A stretch of 64,000 bases of DNA from Limisphaerales bacterium (GTDB taxonomy: Bacteria > Verrucomicrobiota > Verrucomicrobiia > Limisphaerales > JBGAJN01), in NCBI GenBank assembly GCA_044224905.1, contig JBGAJN010000001.1:1159027-1223026 (forward strand), written 5' to 3'. Below, piece by piece: positions 10,208 through 20,311 of the stretch (position 1 is the stretch's first letter; every line of letters begins with the position of its first letter). Position numbers and translations under genes: made by a program. A model generated the notes under the pieces. It was not told the origin of the DNA. It saw only the letters and a program-made list of their open reading frames with translations, and did no database searches.

Positions 10208-11260
10208 ATGAAAGTCCTGTTTGATTCACGGAAGCCCGACCAACCGGTCATTTCCGTCATCATTCCATACAAGAACGCCTCGCCCACGATTTTGGTTTCC
10301 CTCGACAGCTTGGCGCGGCAGACGCCGGACTTTCCGTTTGAAGTAATTTTCGCGGACGGTTGCTCGGACGATGACTCGGTCGAGTTGATCAAGAATCATC
10401 CGCTGGCGCAGAAGCCACGCGTGTCGGTGAGCGTCATTACCTTCCCGCCGGAAAAGAGCGGCCAGATGCCGGCGACGAATGCGGCGGTGAAGATCGCCCG
10501 TGCGGAGTTCATTCTGCTGATGCAGGCGGACGTAAAGGTGGTCGATCCTCAGGCGTTGACGAAGATCGTGAAGTGTTTCGACAACCCGAAGATGATCGGG
10601 ACGTTGTTCACGATGCTCGGAGCGGGTGAGGATTTTCGGAAATACAATTTCTGGGGGCAGGTCTTCAACGCGCGTTATGAAGGGCATCGGGTCGAGAATC
10701 ATTTCGACACGAAGTTCAACGCGTTGCGGAAATCCGTCTTCGAGAAAATCGGCGGCTACGACGAGGTGAATCAGGCGCTCGCAGGTGGCGATACCGACCT
10801 CTACATGCGCCTGTTGAAGGAGGGTGCATTCGCCCCCACGGACATCGAAGGCTGGCATCAGCACGGTCTCGGGCAGGAGTTCACCTTCGGCGGTTGCGTT
10901 AAGAAATACTGCCGAAACGCCGAAGCAGCGGGTGTGGCCGTGCATTACAATTTGCAGAAACCGAGCCTCGGGCTGTTCATCGGCATCGCGCAGCAACTGT
11001 TCATCTGCCTGATGTGCCTGCTGTCGCTCGTGCCTTTGACGTGGCCGTGGACGCCGCTCGCGGTGTTCGCGCTGGGGGTGTTCTGGCAGAAGGATTCCTA
11101 TGTACACTGCCGCGGCTGGCGGGTGATTTACCTGCCGTTCTTCGGCGTCCTCGGTTTGTATGTGTTCACGTGGTATTACCTCTCAGGATTGATCCTGAAG
11201 AAGACGCGATTCCAGTTCAGCAACCGCATGGGCAAGGCCACGACCAAGATTCAGGGTTGA
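10208..11260 (+). CDS. Family 2 glycosyltransferase with a C-terminal membrane domain
   Basis: 350 aa. The ISVIIPYKN...FADGCSDDDS (GT2 DxD region) is present, and the C-terminal third has several hydrophobic helices. Confidence 0.8.
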   Translation: MKVLFDSRKPDQPVISVIIPYKNASPTILVSLDSLARQTPDFPFEVIFADGCSDDDSVELIKNHPLAQKPRVSVSVITFPPEKSGQMPATNAAVKIARAEFILLMQADVKVVDPQALTKIVKCFDNPKMIGTLFTMLGAGEDFRKYNFWGQVFNARYEGHRVENHFDTKFNALRKSVFEKIGGYDEVNQALAGGDTDLYMRLLKEGAFAPTDIEGWHQHGLGQEFTFGGCVKKYCRNAEAAGVAVHYNLQKPSLGLFIGIAQQLFICLMCLLSLVPLTWPWTPLAVFALGVFWQKDSYVHCRGWRVIYLPFFGVLGLYVFTWYYLSGLILKKTRFQFSNRMGKATTKIQG

Positions 11261-11338
11261 CCCTCCATAACAACAAAATTAGCCTCGCACGAAATTTTTC
11301 ACGATGTTCCGCTCGAACCCCATCAACCCCTTCTCCCT

Positions 11339-12265
11339 GTGAGCCGCCTCGCTGAAGCACTTAAGGGAAACTTCGTCGTCGCCAACCTCGGCTGCATCGG
11401 CGATTGGGATTACGGGTTGCCGTCGGAACTCAAGGCGGCGCTGACCTTGATTGAGATCGATGCCGGCGGCGGTGCGTGGACAGGCGGCGGTTATTTCAAA
11501 AAGGTTGGCGTTAACCAGGTGATCGCCGGCGTGCCGGGCAAACAGAAATTCCGCAAGAACACCTTCGTGGGCAGTTGCTCGCTGCTAAAGCCGAACTTCG
11601 AACTCGTGAAAGCCTTCGGCATCGAACGCTATCACACGATGGAGAAGGAGCTCGACGTCGAGTGCACGACGATGCCGGCTGTGTTGGAGCAGAATGGTCT
11701 CAAGCACGTGGATTTTCTGAAGACCGACCTCGAAGGCGTGGACTTCGCGGTGGTAAAAAGTTGCGAAGCGATTCTGGACAAGCTGCTCGCAGTCCAATGC
11801 GAACTGCGTTTCGAACCGTTTTATCAGAACGAACCGCCGTTTCATGAAGTCGCTGCCTACTTGCACGCGCACGGCTTTGAATTGATCGGGATGTTCACTG
11901 AGTATTGGAAATACGCCACGGAACACCGCTTCTCGCAAAGCCACGGCAAACCGATCTACGCAGACTGCCTGTTCTTCCTGCGACCGGAAGTCGTGATGAA
12001 ATTTCCCGAACCCTTGCGCGCCGCCGCATTCGCCAAGCAGATCGTCATCGCGGCGATGGTTGGCCAAAAGAATCACGCGGAACATCTGCTGGAGACGTAT
12101 CACGCGCAGCTTCCGGCGGACTGGCTGCCTCAGCTTCGATCGCTCGTGAAACCGCGCTTCCCCACGCCGCAGCAGATGATCGCCGGCTTCCGGAAGTTTT
12201 TCTGGCCGCTCGAACTCAAGCTGCGCTACCTGATCGGCTCCAGCCGCCACGTGGCGACCAAGTAA
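11339..12265 (+). CDS. FkbM-family methyltransferase
   Basis: 308 aa with a GTG start. The VDFLKTDLEGVDFAVVKS motif is typical of FkbM. Confidence 0.7.
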   Translation: MSRLAEALKGNFVVANLGCIGDWDYGLPSELKAALTLIEIDAGGGAWTGGGYFKKVGVNQVIAGVPGKQKFRKNTFVGSCSLLKPNFELVKAFGIERYHTMEKELDVECTTMPAVLEQNGLKHVDFLKTDLEGVDFAVVKSCEAILDKLLAVQCELRFEPFYQNEPPFHEVAAYLHAHGFELIGMFTEYWKYATEHRFSQSHGKPIYADCLFFLRPEVVMKFPEPLRAAAFAKQIVIAAMVGQKNHAEHLLETYHAQLPADWLPQLRSLVKPRFPTPQQMIAGFRKFFWPLELKLRYLIGSSRHVATK

Positions 12266-12270
12266 AGGGC

Positions 12271-13020
12271 ATGAGTAACTTTCTCAAAAATACCGTTTAC
12301 CGATACTACGCCTCGAGCTGCGACCAGTCGTATCATTGGGCGGGCGAGCTCATCGCGTCGTTGAAACCGAAGCGGTTGCTCGACGTCGGCTGCGGCGATG
12401 GTTCACGGCTCACGCACTACCTCAAACATCGTCCGGAAAAATTCTGCGGCGTCGAAGGCAACCCTCCCCTCGCCAAAGCAGCGCGCAAACGCGGCATGGA
12501 GATTTCCGCCTTCGATCTCAACGGCAAGTGGCCCTATTCGGACAATTCGTTCGATGGCATCCACTCCAGCCAGGTCATTGAACACGTGCACAACACACGG
12601 ATGTTTCTCTGCGAAATTTTTCGAGTGCTCGCCCCCGGCGGCACCGCGGTGTTGACCTCGGAAAACCTGACGAGCTTTCTCAACCTTGGCGCGATGGTCA
12701 TGGGTTACACGCCGTTTTCGTCGCAAAACGTCTGCGGCTGGTATGTCGGCAATCCGCTCGGGCTGCATTCCGGCGAGGAGTTCCCAGTCGATGTTTCCGG
12801 CGTGCCGCTGGATGACTCGGCGTTCTCAGGCATCTCCGGGCACAATCGCATTCTTTCCGTCGCACAAGCGCGGGACCTGTTCTCCAAAGCTGGTTTTACC
12901 GATATACAGGTGAGCTCGATCGGCCTGATGCCGATTCCGCGCTGGCTGGGCAAACCGCTCGAGGGCTTGATGCCGCGGCGCGGACACTGGCTGTTGATGC
13001 GCGCATCGAAGCCGAAGTAA
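12271..13020 (+). CDS. Class I SAM-dependent methyltransferase
   Basis: 249 aa from the ATG at 12271. Motif I is LLDVGCGDGS, followed by FDGIHSSQVIEH. Confidence 0.8.
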   Translation: MSNFLKNTVYRYYASSCDQSYHWAGELIASLKPKRLLDVGCGDGSRLTHYLKHRPEKFCGVEGNPPLAKAARKRGMEISAFDLNGKWPYSDNSFDGIHSSQVIEHVHNTRMFLCEIFRVLAPGGTAVLTSENLTSFLNLGAMVMGYTPFSSQNVCGWYVGNPLGLHSGEEFPVDVSGVPLDDSAFSGISGHNRILSVAQARDLFSKAGFTDIQVSSIGLMPIPRWLGKPLEGLMPRRGHWLLMRASKPK

Positions 13021-13055
13021 TTGACTGTAACCACACCGATAAATAAGCTCATACG

Positions 13056-13817
13056 ATGGTCGCCAATCAGAATTACTACGAGACCCAACACTCGCAGGAC
13101 CCCGGTTACGGCAAGTCCGTTTTCAACATCGGACGTTTGACGTCGTCAGCTGGCTTCCGCGCGTGGATGCAACGCCAGCAGGGGCGACCGATCCGCATGC
13201 TCGATGTCGGTTGCGGCAAGGGACAATTCCTCCTCGATCTTTCGCGGCATTTTCAGCAGAACGGTCAAACGGTCGAACGCATCGTCGGCCTCGATCTCGT
13301 GAAGACGGAGAAGAACGTCTTCACGGAAATCTCTCCCAAGCTCGAATTCTTCCAGCAGAGCGTGGACGGACAAAAGCTTCCGTTCCCGGACAACAGTTTT
13401 GACTTCGTTTCCTGCAACCACGTCGTGGAGCATATTTTTCAGACCGAAGCGCTCGTGCGCGAGTTCCATCGCGTCATGGACAAACGCGGCCTGTGCGTAA
13501 TCAGCGTTCCGAACATCGCCGCGTGGATGAACCGCATCATGTTCCTCTTCGGCGGCCAACCGCTCGGCAGCGAAGTCGGTGTCGAAACCACCGCCTACGG
13601 TCTCTGGCCTGCCTTCATGAAGCCAAAACTCCAGCGCTTCGTGCCCTCAGGTCACATCCGCGATTTCACGCCCGGCTCATTGCGCGATTTGACCAGCGCC
13701 TGCGGTTTTCGTCCGCTCGGATTCTGGGCGCAGAACGGTGGCTTCATTTGTGGCATCAATCCGCGCCTAGACCGCAATCTCGGTATCGTCTTGGAATCGG
13801 CCAGCCGTAATTCCTGA
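13056..13817 (+). CDS. Class I SAM-dependent methyltransferase (tandem paralog of the preceding gene)
   Basis: 253 aa with MLDVGCGKGQ and FDFVSCNHVVEHI. The C-terminal GH-R...LRDL...GF pattern is shared with 12271-13020. Confidence 0.8.
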   Translation: MVANQNYYETQHSQDPGYGKSVFNIGRLTSSAGFRAWMQRQQGRPIRMLDVGCGKGQFLLDLSRHFQQNGQTVERIVGLDLVKTEKNVFTEISPKLEFFQQSVDGQKLPFPDNSFDFVSCNHVVEHIFQTEALVREFHRVMDKRGLCVISVPNIAAWMNRIMFLFGGQPLGSEVGVETTAYGLWPAFMKPKLQRFVPSGHIRDFTPGSLRDLTSACGFRPLGFWAQNGGFICGINPRLDRNLGIVLESASRNS

Positions 13818-13865
13818 CCGCCGGGTTTGTGTGAGTCCGCGCCGTTCCGTCATGCGACCGGGTTC

Positions 13866-15005
13866 ATGAAGAATCTTCTCCTCATCTGGAACGGCACCAC
13901 CGCTGAAAGCCACGGCAAGGGCGCGGGCAAGATCGGCGGCGGCGATCAGGTGATTCTCAAGTTCGTCGATCGCTCGGGGCTGGAGCCGGACTTCATTGTG
14001 CCGAGTTCTGCGGCCAGTTTGATTTCGCATTCGCGGAAACTCTTCCTCACTCGACGAAACATGGCCGGCGGCGGACTGCTGGGCTTCCTCTATCTCATCG
14101 CGGTGCGCACGCTGCACGCGATCTGGATCGCGCTCCGCATCCGGGGCAACAACTACGACCTCGCCATCGCTACGTCGCCGTTTGTTTTCGACCTCGTGCC
14201 GCTAATCTTCTGCAAGGCGAAGCAAAAGGGCGCAATCGTTTATCACGTCATTCCGGAACGGAAGGCGTTGAACTTCGCCACGCGGGTTCGGTTCACGCTC
14301 GCCGCGTTGGAGAGTAAAATTTCGCTGCGATTGATCCGCTGGGTCTGCGATTTTATCATCACGGGCAACGATCACGCGAAACGGCAGCTCGAAGAAATCG
14401 CACCCGGCAAACCCGTGGTGATCCTGCACGCCGGTTTCAACACCGCGATCCTCGACCGCATTCCCGAGCAAGCGAAGAATCCGAATCAAGCCTGCTTCCT
14501 TGGTCGGCTCACGTCGCAGAAAGGCATCTTCGACCTCGTGGAAGTCATGGACCGGATCAGTCGCGTTGCACCGGAGTTTCGCCTTATCATCATGGGCAGC
14601 GGTCCGGAACGCGAAGCGCTCGCTGCGGCGATCAAGCAGCGCAATCTGACGAACATCGAGTTGAAGGGCTTCGTCAGCGACGATGAGAAATACACGCTGA
14701 TGAAGCAGTCGGGGTTCTTCTTCTTTCCAAGCTACGAGGAAGGTTGGGGCATCGCGTTGGCGGAGGCAATATACTGCGGTTGCAAAGCGGTCACCTACGA
14801 ACTGCCGCATTATCGCAGCGTCTTCGGCGATCACCCGATTTATGTGGAGCTGGGCAACGCGCCGCAATTCGCAGACCGCCTGCTCGCGAATCGCCGAGCC
14901 GTCGCATCACCCGCCCAGAAGACTTTGATGGCGGAATACGACGACGACGCGGTCGTGCGCCAGCTCGTGGCTCACTTGGAACGCTTTTCGGGATCGTCGT
15001 CCTGA
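13866..15005 (+). CDS. Family 4 (GT-B) glycosyltransferase
   Basis: 379 aa from the ATG at 13866. The FFFPSYEEGWGIALAEA EX7E-type motif is present. Confidence 0.8.
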   Translation: MKNLLLIWNGTTAESHGKGAGKIGGGDQVILKFVDRSGLEPDFIVPSSAASLISHSRKLFLTRRNMAGGGLLGFLYLIAVRTLHAIWIALRIRGNNYDLAIATSPFVFDLVPLIFCKAKQKGAIVYHVIPERKALNFATRVRFTLAALESKISLRLIRWVCDFIITGNDHAKRQLEEIAPGKPVVILHAGFNTAILDRIPEQAKNPNQACFLGRLTSQKGIFDLVEVMDRISRVAPEFRLIIMGSGPEREALAAAIKQRNLTNIELKGFVSDDEKYTLMKQSGFFFFPSYEEGWGIALAEAIYCGCKAVTYELPHYRSVFGDHPIYVELGNAPQFADRLLANRRAVASPAQKTLMAEYDDDAVVRQLVAHLERFSGSSS

Positions 15006-16018
15006 CTCCCCTTCTTGAGCGTCTGCTTCGGCTGCAGCTTCGACACCATTCCCTTGTCGTGTGAATGTTGCTTGAAGGTCCACCAACCCCACACCGTGCC
15101 CATCGCGGAAAGGAAACTCGCCGGCACGTGCCACCACCAGCGTGAGTCACCTGTGCGAATGTGTCCTACGATCGCGTGGTAAATCGGTCCGATGACCGTC
15201 GCCGCATACAAGCACGCGAGGGATCCGCGAACACGCGGTTTTTCCCGCGACCAGTTCGCGCCCGTCTTTTTCTGAACGTTGAAGTAATGCGCGATCGCGC
15301 GGCGGCGTTTGTGGAGAAAGCCCGGCCACAAATCCTGCACGTAATAATGGGCTACCCCGCGCCCACGCAACCGCAGCCACTCGCGTTTTCCTGCACGCAT
15401 CAGGTGCATCGCTACGTGGGTATCTTGGAATTGCTCGCCCGCCTTGACCGATTCGAGATCAGCGCGACGGAACATGAAGCCATTCGCGCCCAGCGGATAC
15501 GCGAACGTTCCCTCGGGCAGCGTCCAGCGTTCAATCTCTCCATCCGTCGCCACGGGCACTGGTCGCACCGTCATGAGCCACGCAATGGGATCACTGATGT
15601 GCAGCAAGTGCGTCACGTAAACGCAGAACGACGACATCTTGTCCGACGGCAGGTAATAACTTTCCACGCCGAGCGCCTGCGGGTTGCGTTGCAAGCCTTC
15701 CACCGCGAGTCGCAACCAGTCGTTCTGCATGAACTCGTTGTCCGCGTCGGCGAACACGACGAACTCACCCGTCGCCTGCGCGAGCGCGATGCGCTTGGCC
15801 TCCTCCATGTCGCTGCCGTTGTCGTCCATAACCACGCAGCCGTATTTCTTCGCGACGTCGCGCGTGGCATCGGTCGACCGGGCGTCGGAAATCAAAATCT
15901 CAATCCGATCCTGCGGGTAATCCTGCGAACGGATCGAGCGCAGTTGGTTCTCCAACAACACCGCCGCATTGCGCGTCGGGGTGATAATACTGATTTTGGG
16001 CAACGGTTCGCCGGTCAT
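14972..16018 (-). CDS. Family 2 glycosyltransferase
   Basis: KISIITPTRNAA...DARSTDATRD...FADADNEF. The start is taken at the ATG at 16018, with an alternative at 16081. The 3' end overlaps the convergent GT4 gene by 34 nt. Confidence 0.8.
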   Translation of the reverse strand: MTGEPLPKISIITPTRNAAVLLENQLRSIRSQDYPQDRIEILISDARSTDATRDVAKKYGCVVMDDNGSDMEEAKRIALAQATGEFVVFADADNEFMQNDWLRLAVEGLQRNPQALGVESYYLPSDKMSSFCVYVTHLLHISDPIAWLMTVRPVPVATDGEIERWTLPEGTFAYPLGANGFMFRRADLESVKAGEQFQDTHVAMHLMRAGKREWLRLRGRGVAHYYVQDLWPGFLHKRRRAIAHYFNVQKKTGANWSREKPRVRGSLACLYAATVIGPIYHAIVGHIRTGDSRWWWHVPASFLSAMGTVWGWWTFKQHSHDKGMVSKLQPKQTLKKGSQDDDPEKRSK

Positions 16019-16139
16019 TGATTCAGAATGTCCGGCGATGGTGGTCGGCACCCCTGCCAGCGTCAATGCGGATTCACCCATAGTCGACGTGAAATCTTGC
16101 CTTTCCCACGCGGGTGCGGTGAACTCTTCCGCCAAACGA

Positions 16140-17114
16140 ATGACTAAAATCTTTGTCACCGGCGCGGCTGGCTTCATCGGCAGCAACCTTGTCGATCGCC
16201 TGCTCCGCGAAGGCAAGCAGGTGGTCGGCTGGGATAATTTGTCCACCGGCCAGATCGAGTTTCTTTCGGGCGCCGAAAAGAATCCGAATTTCAAACTCGT
16301 CCGCGGCGACAATCTCGAACTCGACGCGCTGACGAAGGCGATGGCCGGTTGCGACACAGTTTTCCATCTGGCGGCGAATGCCGACGTGCGCTTCGGTCTG
16401 AATCATCCGCGAAAGGATCTCGAGCAAAACACGATCGCCACCTTCAACGTGCTCGAAGCGATGCGCGCCAACGGCATCAAGCGGATCGCGTTCTCCTCGA
16501 CCGGCTCCGTTTACGGCGAGGCGGCAGTGATTCCCACGCCCGAGGACGCGCCGTTCCCAATCCAAACTTCGCTCTACGCGACGTCGAAAGTTTGCGGCGA
16601 AGGGATGATTCAATCGTATTGCGAAGGCTTCGGTTTCGAGGGCTACGTGTTCCGCTTCGTTTCGATTCTTGGCGAGCGTTACACCCACGGGCACGTGTTC
16701 GACTTTTACAAGCAGCTCCTCGATCACCCCGACCATTTGAAAGTCCTCGGCGACGGCACGCAGCGGAAGTCCTACCTATACATCGGCGATTGTCTTAACG
16801 CGATGCTCCACGTGATGAATGCTGGCACCGCGGCGAAGGCGAAGCATCGCGTCGAGGTCTACAATCTCGGCACCGCCGAATACGTGCAGGTGAACGACTC
16901 CATCGCTCACATTTGCGCGCACCTCGGTCTCAAGCCGCGACTGGAATACTCCGGTGGCAGCCGCGGCTGGGTCGGCGACAACCCGTTCATTTTCCTCGAA
17001 ACGAAGAAGATCCAAGCTACCGGCTGGAAGACGGCGCTGACGATTCAACAAGGAATCACGCGCACGCTGGAGTGGCTGCAGTCCAACAAGTGGGTCTACG
17101 AGAAGCGCCACTGA
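16140..17114 (+). CDS. NAD-dependent nucleotide-sugar epimerase/dehydratase (extended SDR)
   Basis: 324 aa with the VTGAAGFIGSNL Rossmann motif and the YATSK catalytic motif. Confidence 0.85.
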   Translation: MTKIFVTGAAGFIGSNLVDRLLREGKQVVGWDNLSTGQIEFLSGAEKNPNFKLVRGDNLELDALTKAMAGCDTVFHLAANADVRFGLNHPRKDLEQNTIATFNVLEAMRANGIKRIAFSSTGSVYGEAAVIPTPEDAPFPIQTSLYATSKVCGEGMIQSYCEGFGFEGYVFRFVSILGERYTHGHVFDFYKQLLDHPDHLKVLGDGTQRKSYLYIGDCLNAMLHVMNAGTAAKAKHRVEVYNLGTAEYVQVNDSIAHICAHLGLKPRLEYSGGSRGWVGDNPFIFLETKKIQATGWKTALTIQQGITRTLEWLQSNKWVYEKRH

Positions 17115-17126
17115 CGCGTCTGCACC

Positions 17127-18398
17127 ATGAACGTTACCGTCCTCGGCCTTTGGCATCTGGGTTGTGTCACCGCGGCATGTACCGCACGGCACTTCCAGGT
17201 AACGGGCTTGGACTTTGACGCGGCAAACGTCGCGCAGCTGAACCAAGGTAAAGCGCCGCTCTTCGAACCAGGACTCAAAGAACTCCTCACCAGCGGACTT
17301 GCCGCAAAGAAACTGACGTTCACGACCGATCCGAAAACCGCGTGTGCCAACGCCGACATTCTGTGGCTGTGCTACGACACGCCAGTCAACGACGCGGACG
17401 AGTCTGACGTGGCGTTCGTGCTTGGCAACTTGCGCCGCGCCCTGGGCCACTTGCCCAAAGGCGCGCTGGTATTGATCTCGGCGCAATTGCCCGTCGGCAC
17501 CTGTGCGGCGCTGGAAAAAGAGTTTCCGCAATTCCACTTCGCCTGTTCACCAGAGAATCTGCGCCTCGGCCGCGCGCTGGACGCGTTCGAGAAAGCCGAG
17601 CGTGTGATCGTTGGCTTGCGCGACGACACCAAGAAGCCGTTGCTCGAAAAACTCTTCGCTCCGTTCACGCCGCAAGTGCTGTTCATGCGCACGGAGTCGG
17701 CGGAAATGGTGAAGCATGCGTTGAACTCGTTCCTTGCGGTCTCGATCACCTTCATCAACGAGATCGCGCGCCTGTGCGAACACGTGGGCGCGGACGCGAA
17801 GGAAGTTTCCGCCGGACTCAAGAGCGACATCCGCATCGGGCCGAAGGCGTATCTCGGACCCGGTGGTCCATTCGCCGGCGGCACGCTAGCGCGCGACGTC
17901 GTCACGCTGTCGAAGCTCGCGAAGGAAAAGGGCGAAACGATTTCCGTCATTCCCGCGATCAAAACGAGCAACGACCAGCATCGCAGTTGGGCGTTTCGCC
18001 GACTGCAATCGCGCCTCGGCGACCTGCGCGGAAAATCGATCGCCGTGCTCGGACTGACTTACACTCCCAACACCGACACGCTTCGTCGCAGCGCCGCCGT
18101 AGAACTTTGTCAGCAGTTGATCGCCGCTGGCGCGCAGGTAAGCGCCTTCGATCCCGCCGTGAAATCTTTGCCCGCCGAACTCGCAACGGTGACGCTCACG
18201 CCTGATCTTGCTTCCGCTCTACGGGGCGCTGAGGCGGCGGCGGTCTGCACCGAGTGGCCAATGTTCCGTCAAGCTGTGTGGGGAGAACTCGCTCCGACGA
18301 TGCGGCAGAGAATCTTCGTCGACGCCAATCGCTTTCTGGAAAAGGAATTGAAAACCATCGCCGGGGTCGAACATCTTTCGGTCGGACGCGCATCATGA
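17127..18398 (+). CDS. UDP-glucose/GDP-mannose dehydrogenase family nucleotide-sugar dehydrogenase
   Basis: 423 aa. It has the N-terminal VLGLWHLG dinucleotide fold and the central and C-terminal domains typical of the UGDH family. Confidence 0.8.
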   Translation: MNVTVLGLWHLGCVTAACTARHFQVTGLDFDAANVAQLNQGKAPLFEPGLKELLTSGLAAKKLTFTTDPKTACANADILWLCYDTPVNDADESDVAFVLGNLRRALGHLPKGALVLISAQLPVGTCAALEKEFPQFHFACSPENLRLGRALDAFEKAERVIVGLRDDTKKPLLEKLFAPFTPQVLFMRTESAEMVKHALNSFLAVSITFINEIARLCEHVGADAKEVSAGLKSDIRIGPKAYLGPGGPFAGGTLARDVVTLSKLAKEKGETISVIPAIKTSNDQHRSWAFRRLQSRLGDLRGKSIAVLGLTYTPNTDTLRRSAAVELCQQLIAAGAQVSAFDPAVKSLPAELATVTLTPDLASALRGAEAAAVCTEWPMFRQAVWGELAPTMRQRIFVDANRFLEKELKTIAGVEHLSVGRAS

Positions 18399-19255
18399 AA
18401 CTCAAAGGTCGCAACGCCATTGTCACCGGCGGGAGTCAGGGTCTCGGTCGGGCCATCGTCGAAGCTTTTCTCCGCGAAGGCGCGAACATCGCCTTCTGCT
18501 CGCGCACGCTGAACGACGTCACCAAGACCCTCGATGAACTTCGCCCGCGCTTGTCTGCTGGACAGAAGCTTTCCGGTGTGGCTGCGGATGTCTGTGATCC
18601 GGCTGATGTGGATCGTTTATTCGACGCCGCGGCGGAATTCGGTCCGCTGCATGTTCTCGTAAACAACGCCGGCGTTTACGGCCCGATCGGTCCAATCGAG
18701 GAATTGGATCTCGCGGAATGGAAGCGTGCGTTCGACATTAACCTGTTCGGCGCGGTGATGTGCGCCCAGCGCGCGATCCGCCTGATGAAGCCGAAACGTT
18801 ATGGAAAAATCGTGACCGTGTCGGGCGCGGGTGCGACGCCGATCCCGAATTGCAGCGCCTACACCGTTTCCAAAATGGCGATCACGCGTTTGAGCGAAGC
18901 CCTCGCCGAGGAGTTGCGGTCATTCAACATCGATTCCAACGCCGTGGCGCCGGGCCCGTTGAACACGCGCCTCATTCGCGATGTGTTGAACGCCGGGCCG
19001 GAGAAGGCGGGCGCAGATTTCTACGCGAAGAATGTAAAGTGGTCCGGTGGCGCGGCAGTTCCGCCGGAACTCGGCGCGAATGTTTGCGTTTATCTCGCCT
19101 CCGCACAGAGCGATGGCATCACCGGCAAGCTCATCGCCGCACAGTGGGATCCGTGGGAAAATCTCGAACAGTTCAAGGCCGACCTCGGCGGCGACATCTA
19201 CACTTTCCGCCGAATTGTGCCGAAAGATCGGGGAAAGACGTGGGGCGACAAATAA
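18395..19255 (+). CDS. SDR-family oxidoreductase
   Basis: 286 aa from the ATG at 18395, which overlaps the upstream stop as ATGA. TGGSQGLG, NNAG and YTVSK motifs are present. Confidence 0.85.
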   Translation: MKLKGRNAIVTGGSQGLGRAIVEAFLREGANIAFCSRTLNDVTKTLDELRPRLSAGQKLSGVAADVCDPADVDRLFDAAAEFGPLHVLVNNAGVYGPIGPIEELDLAEWKRAFDINLFGAVMCAQRAIRLMKPKRYGKIVTVSGAGATPIPNCSAYTVSKMAITRLSEALAEELRSFNIDSNAVAPGPLNTRLIRDVLNAGPEKAGADFYAKNVKWSGGAAVPPELGANVCVYLASAQSDGITGKLIAAQWDPWENLEQFKADLGGDIYTFRRIVPKDRGKTWGDK

Positions 19256-20244
19256 TGAACTACGCCATCATCGGGTGCGGTTTGATCGGAAAGAAGCGGC
19301 TCGCGGCGCTGCCGAAAGGCTCGCAGCTGGCCATCGCTTGCGACACGAACTTGGCGCGCGCTGAAGAGTTGGTGAAACTCGCCAAGACCGGTCGTGCCGT
19401 CGCGGATTTTCAAGAAGCGGTGAAAGACTCGCAAGTGCAGGTCGTCATCGTAGCCACGCTCAACGCCACGCTCGCCGAGATTTCCGCAGCGGCCATTCGC
19501 GCCGGCAAACACGTCATCGTCGAAAAGCCCGGCGGCATCAGCGCAAAGCAGATCGATGAATTGCTCGCGCTCGAAGCCAAGCACGGTGTGCAAGTGCGCG
19601 TGGGGTTCAACCACCGCTATCATCCGGCGTTTCAAAAGGCGCGGGAGCTCTTTTCAGCTGGCGCGTTGGGTGAGCTGATGTTTGTCCGCGCTCGTTACGG
19701 TCACGGTGGTCGCGTGGGTTACGATCGCGAGTGGCGGGCCGACCCGAAACTCGCCGGTGGCGGCGAACTCATGGACCAAGGCGTGCATCTGATTGATCTC
19801 GCCGGCTGGTTCCTCGGCGATTTCCCGTTCATCGACGGACACGCGGCGACTTATTTCTGGGACATGCCCGTTGATGACAACGCGTTTCTGAATCTCCGCA
19901 ACGCCGCAGGTAAAACGGCGTGGCTCCACGTGAGCTGCACCGAGTGGAAGAATTTGTTCTCGTTCGAAATCTACGGTCGCAACGCGAAGCTGCACATAGA
20001 AGGACTCGGCGGCAGTTACGGCGTCGAGCGGTTGCACTATTACAAGATGCTTCCGGAAATGGGTCCACCGGAGACAACTGTCTGGGAATACCCGCGCGGC
20101 GACGACTCGTGGCGGATCGAAATGGCGGAGTTCGCTGAAGACGTCCGCCTCAAGCGCACGCCGACGCCCGGCTTGCGCGAAGCAAAGCGCGCACTCGATG
20201 TGGTGGAGAAAGTTTACGCGAAGTCCGGCTATCCGACTCAGTAG
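19255..20244 (+). CDS. Gfo/Idh/MocA-family oxidoreductase
   Basis: 329 aa from the ATG at 19255, which overlaps the upstream stop as TAATG. IIGCGLIGKKR and EKP motifs are present. Confidence 0.85.
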   Translation: MNYAIIGCGLIGKKRLAALPKGSQLAIACDTNLARAEELVKLAKTGRAVADFQEAVKDSQVQVVIVATLNATLAEISAAAIRAGKHVIVEKPGGISAKQIDELLALEAKHGVQVRVGFNHRYHPAFQKARELFSAGALGELMFVRARYGHGGRVGYDREWRADPKLAGGGELMDQGVHLIDLAGWFLGDFPFIDGHAATYFWDMPVDDNAFLNLRNAAGKTAWLHVSCTEWKNLFSFEIYGRNAKLHIEGLGGSYGVERLHYYKMLPEMGPPETTVWEYPRGDDSWRIEMAEFAEDVRLKRTPTPGLREAKRALDVVEKVYAKSGYPTQ

Positions 20245-20311
20245 CGCCGCGATGCCTGCATTGATTTCCAGCTTTCCTGCATTCAAAATTTCCTCCTAAA
20301 TCGCCCCCAAC

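Noticed and set aside
11304-11342. 12-codon mini-ORF (MFRSNPINPFSL) overlapping the GTG start of the FkbM gene, as a possible leader peptide
   Set aside because: It is too short and featureless to support from sequence alone. It may just reflect uncertainty about the FkbM start codon.
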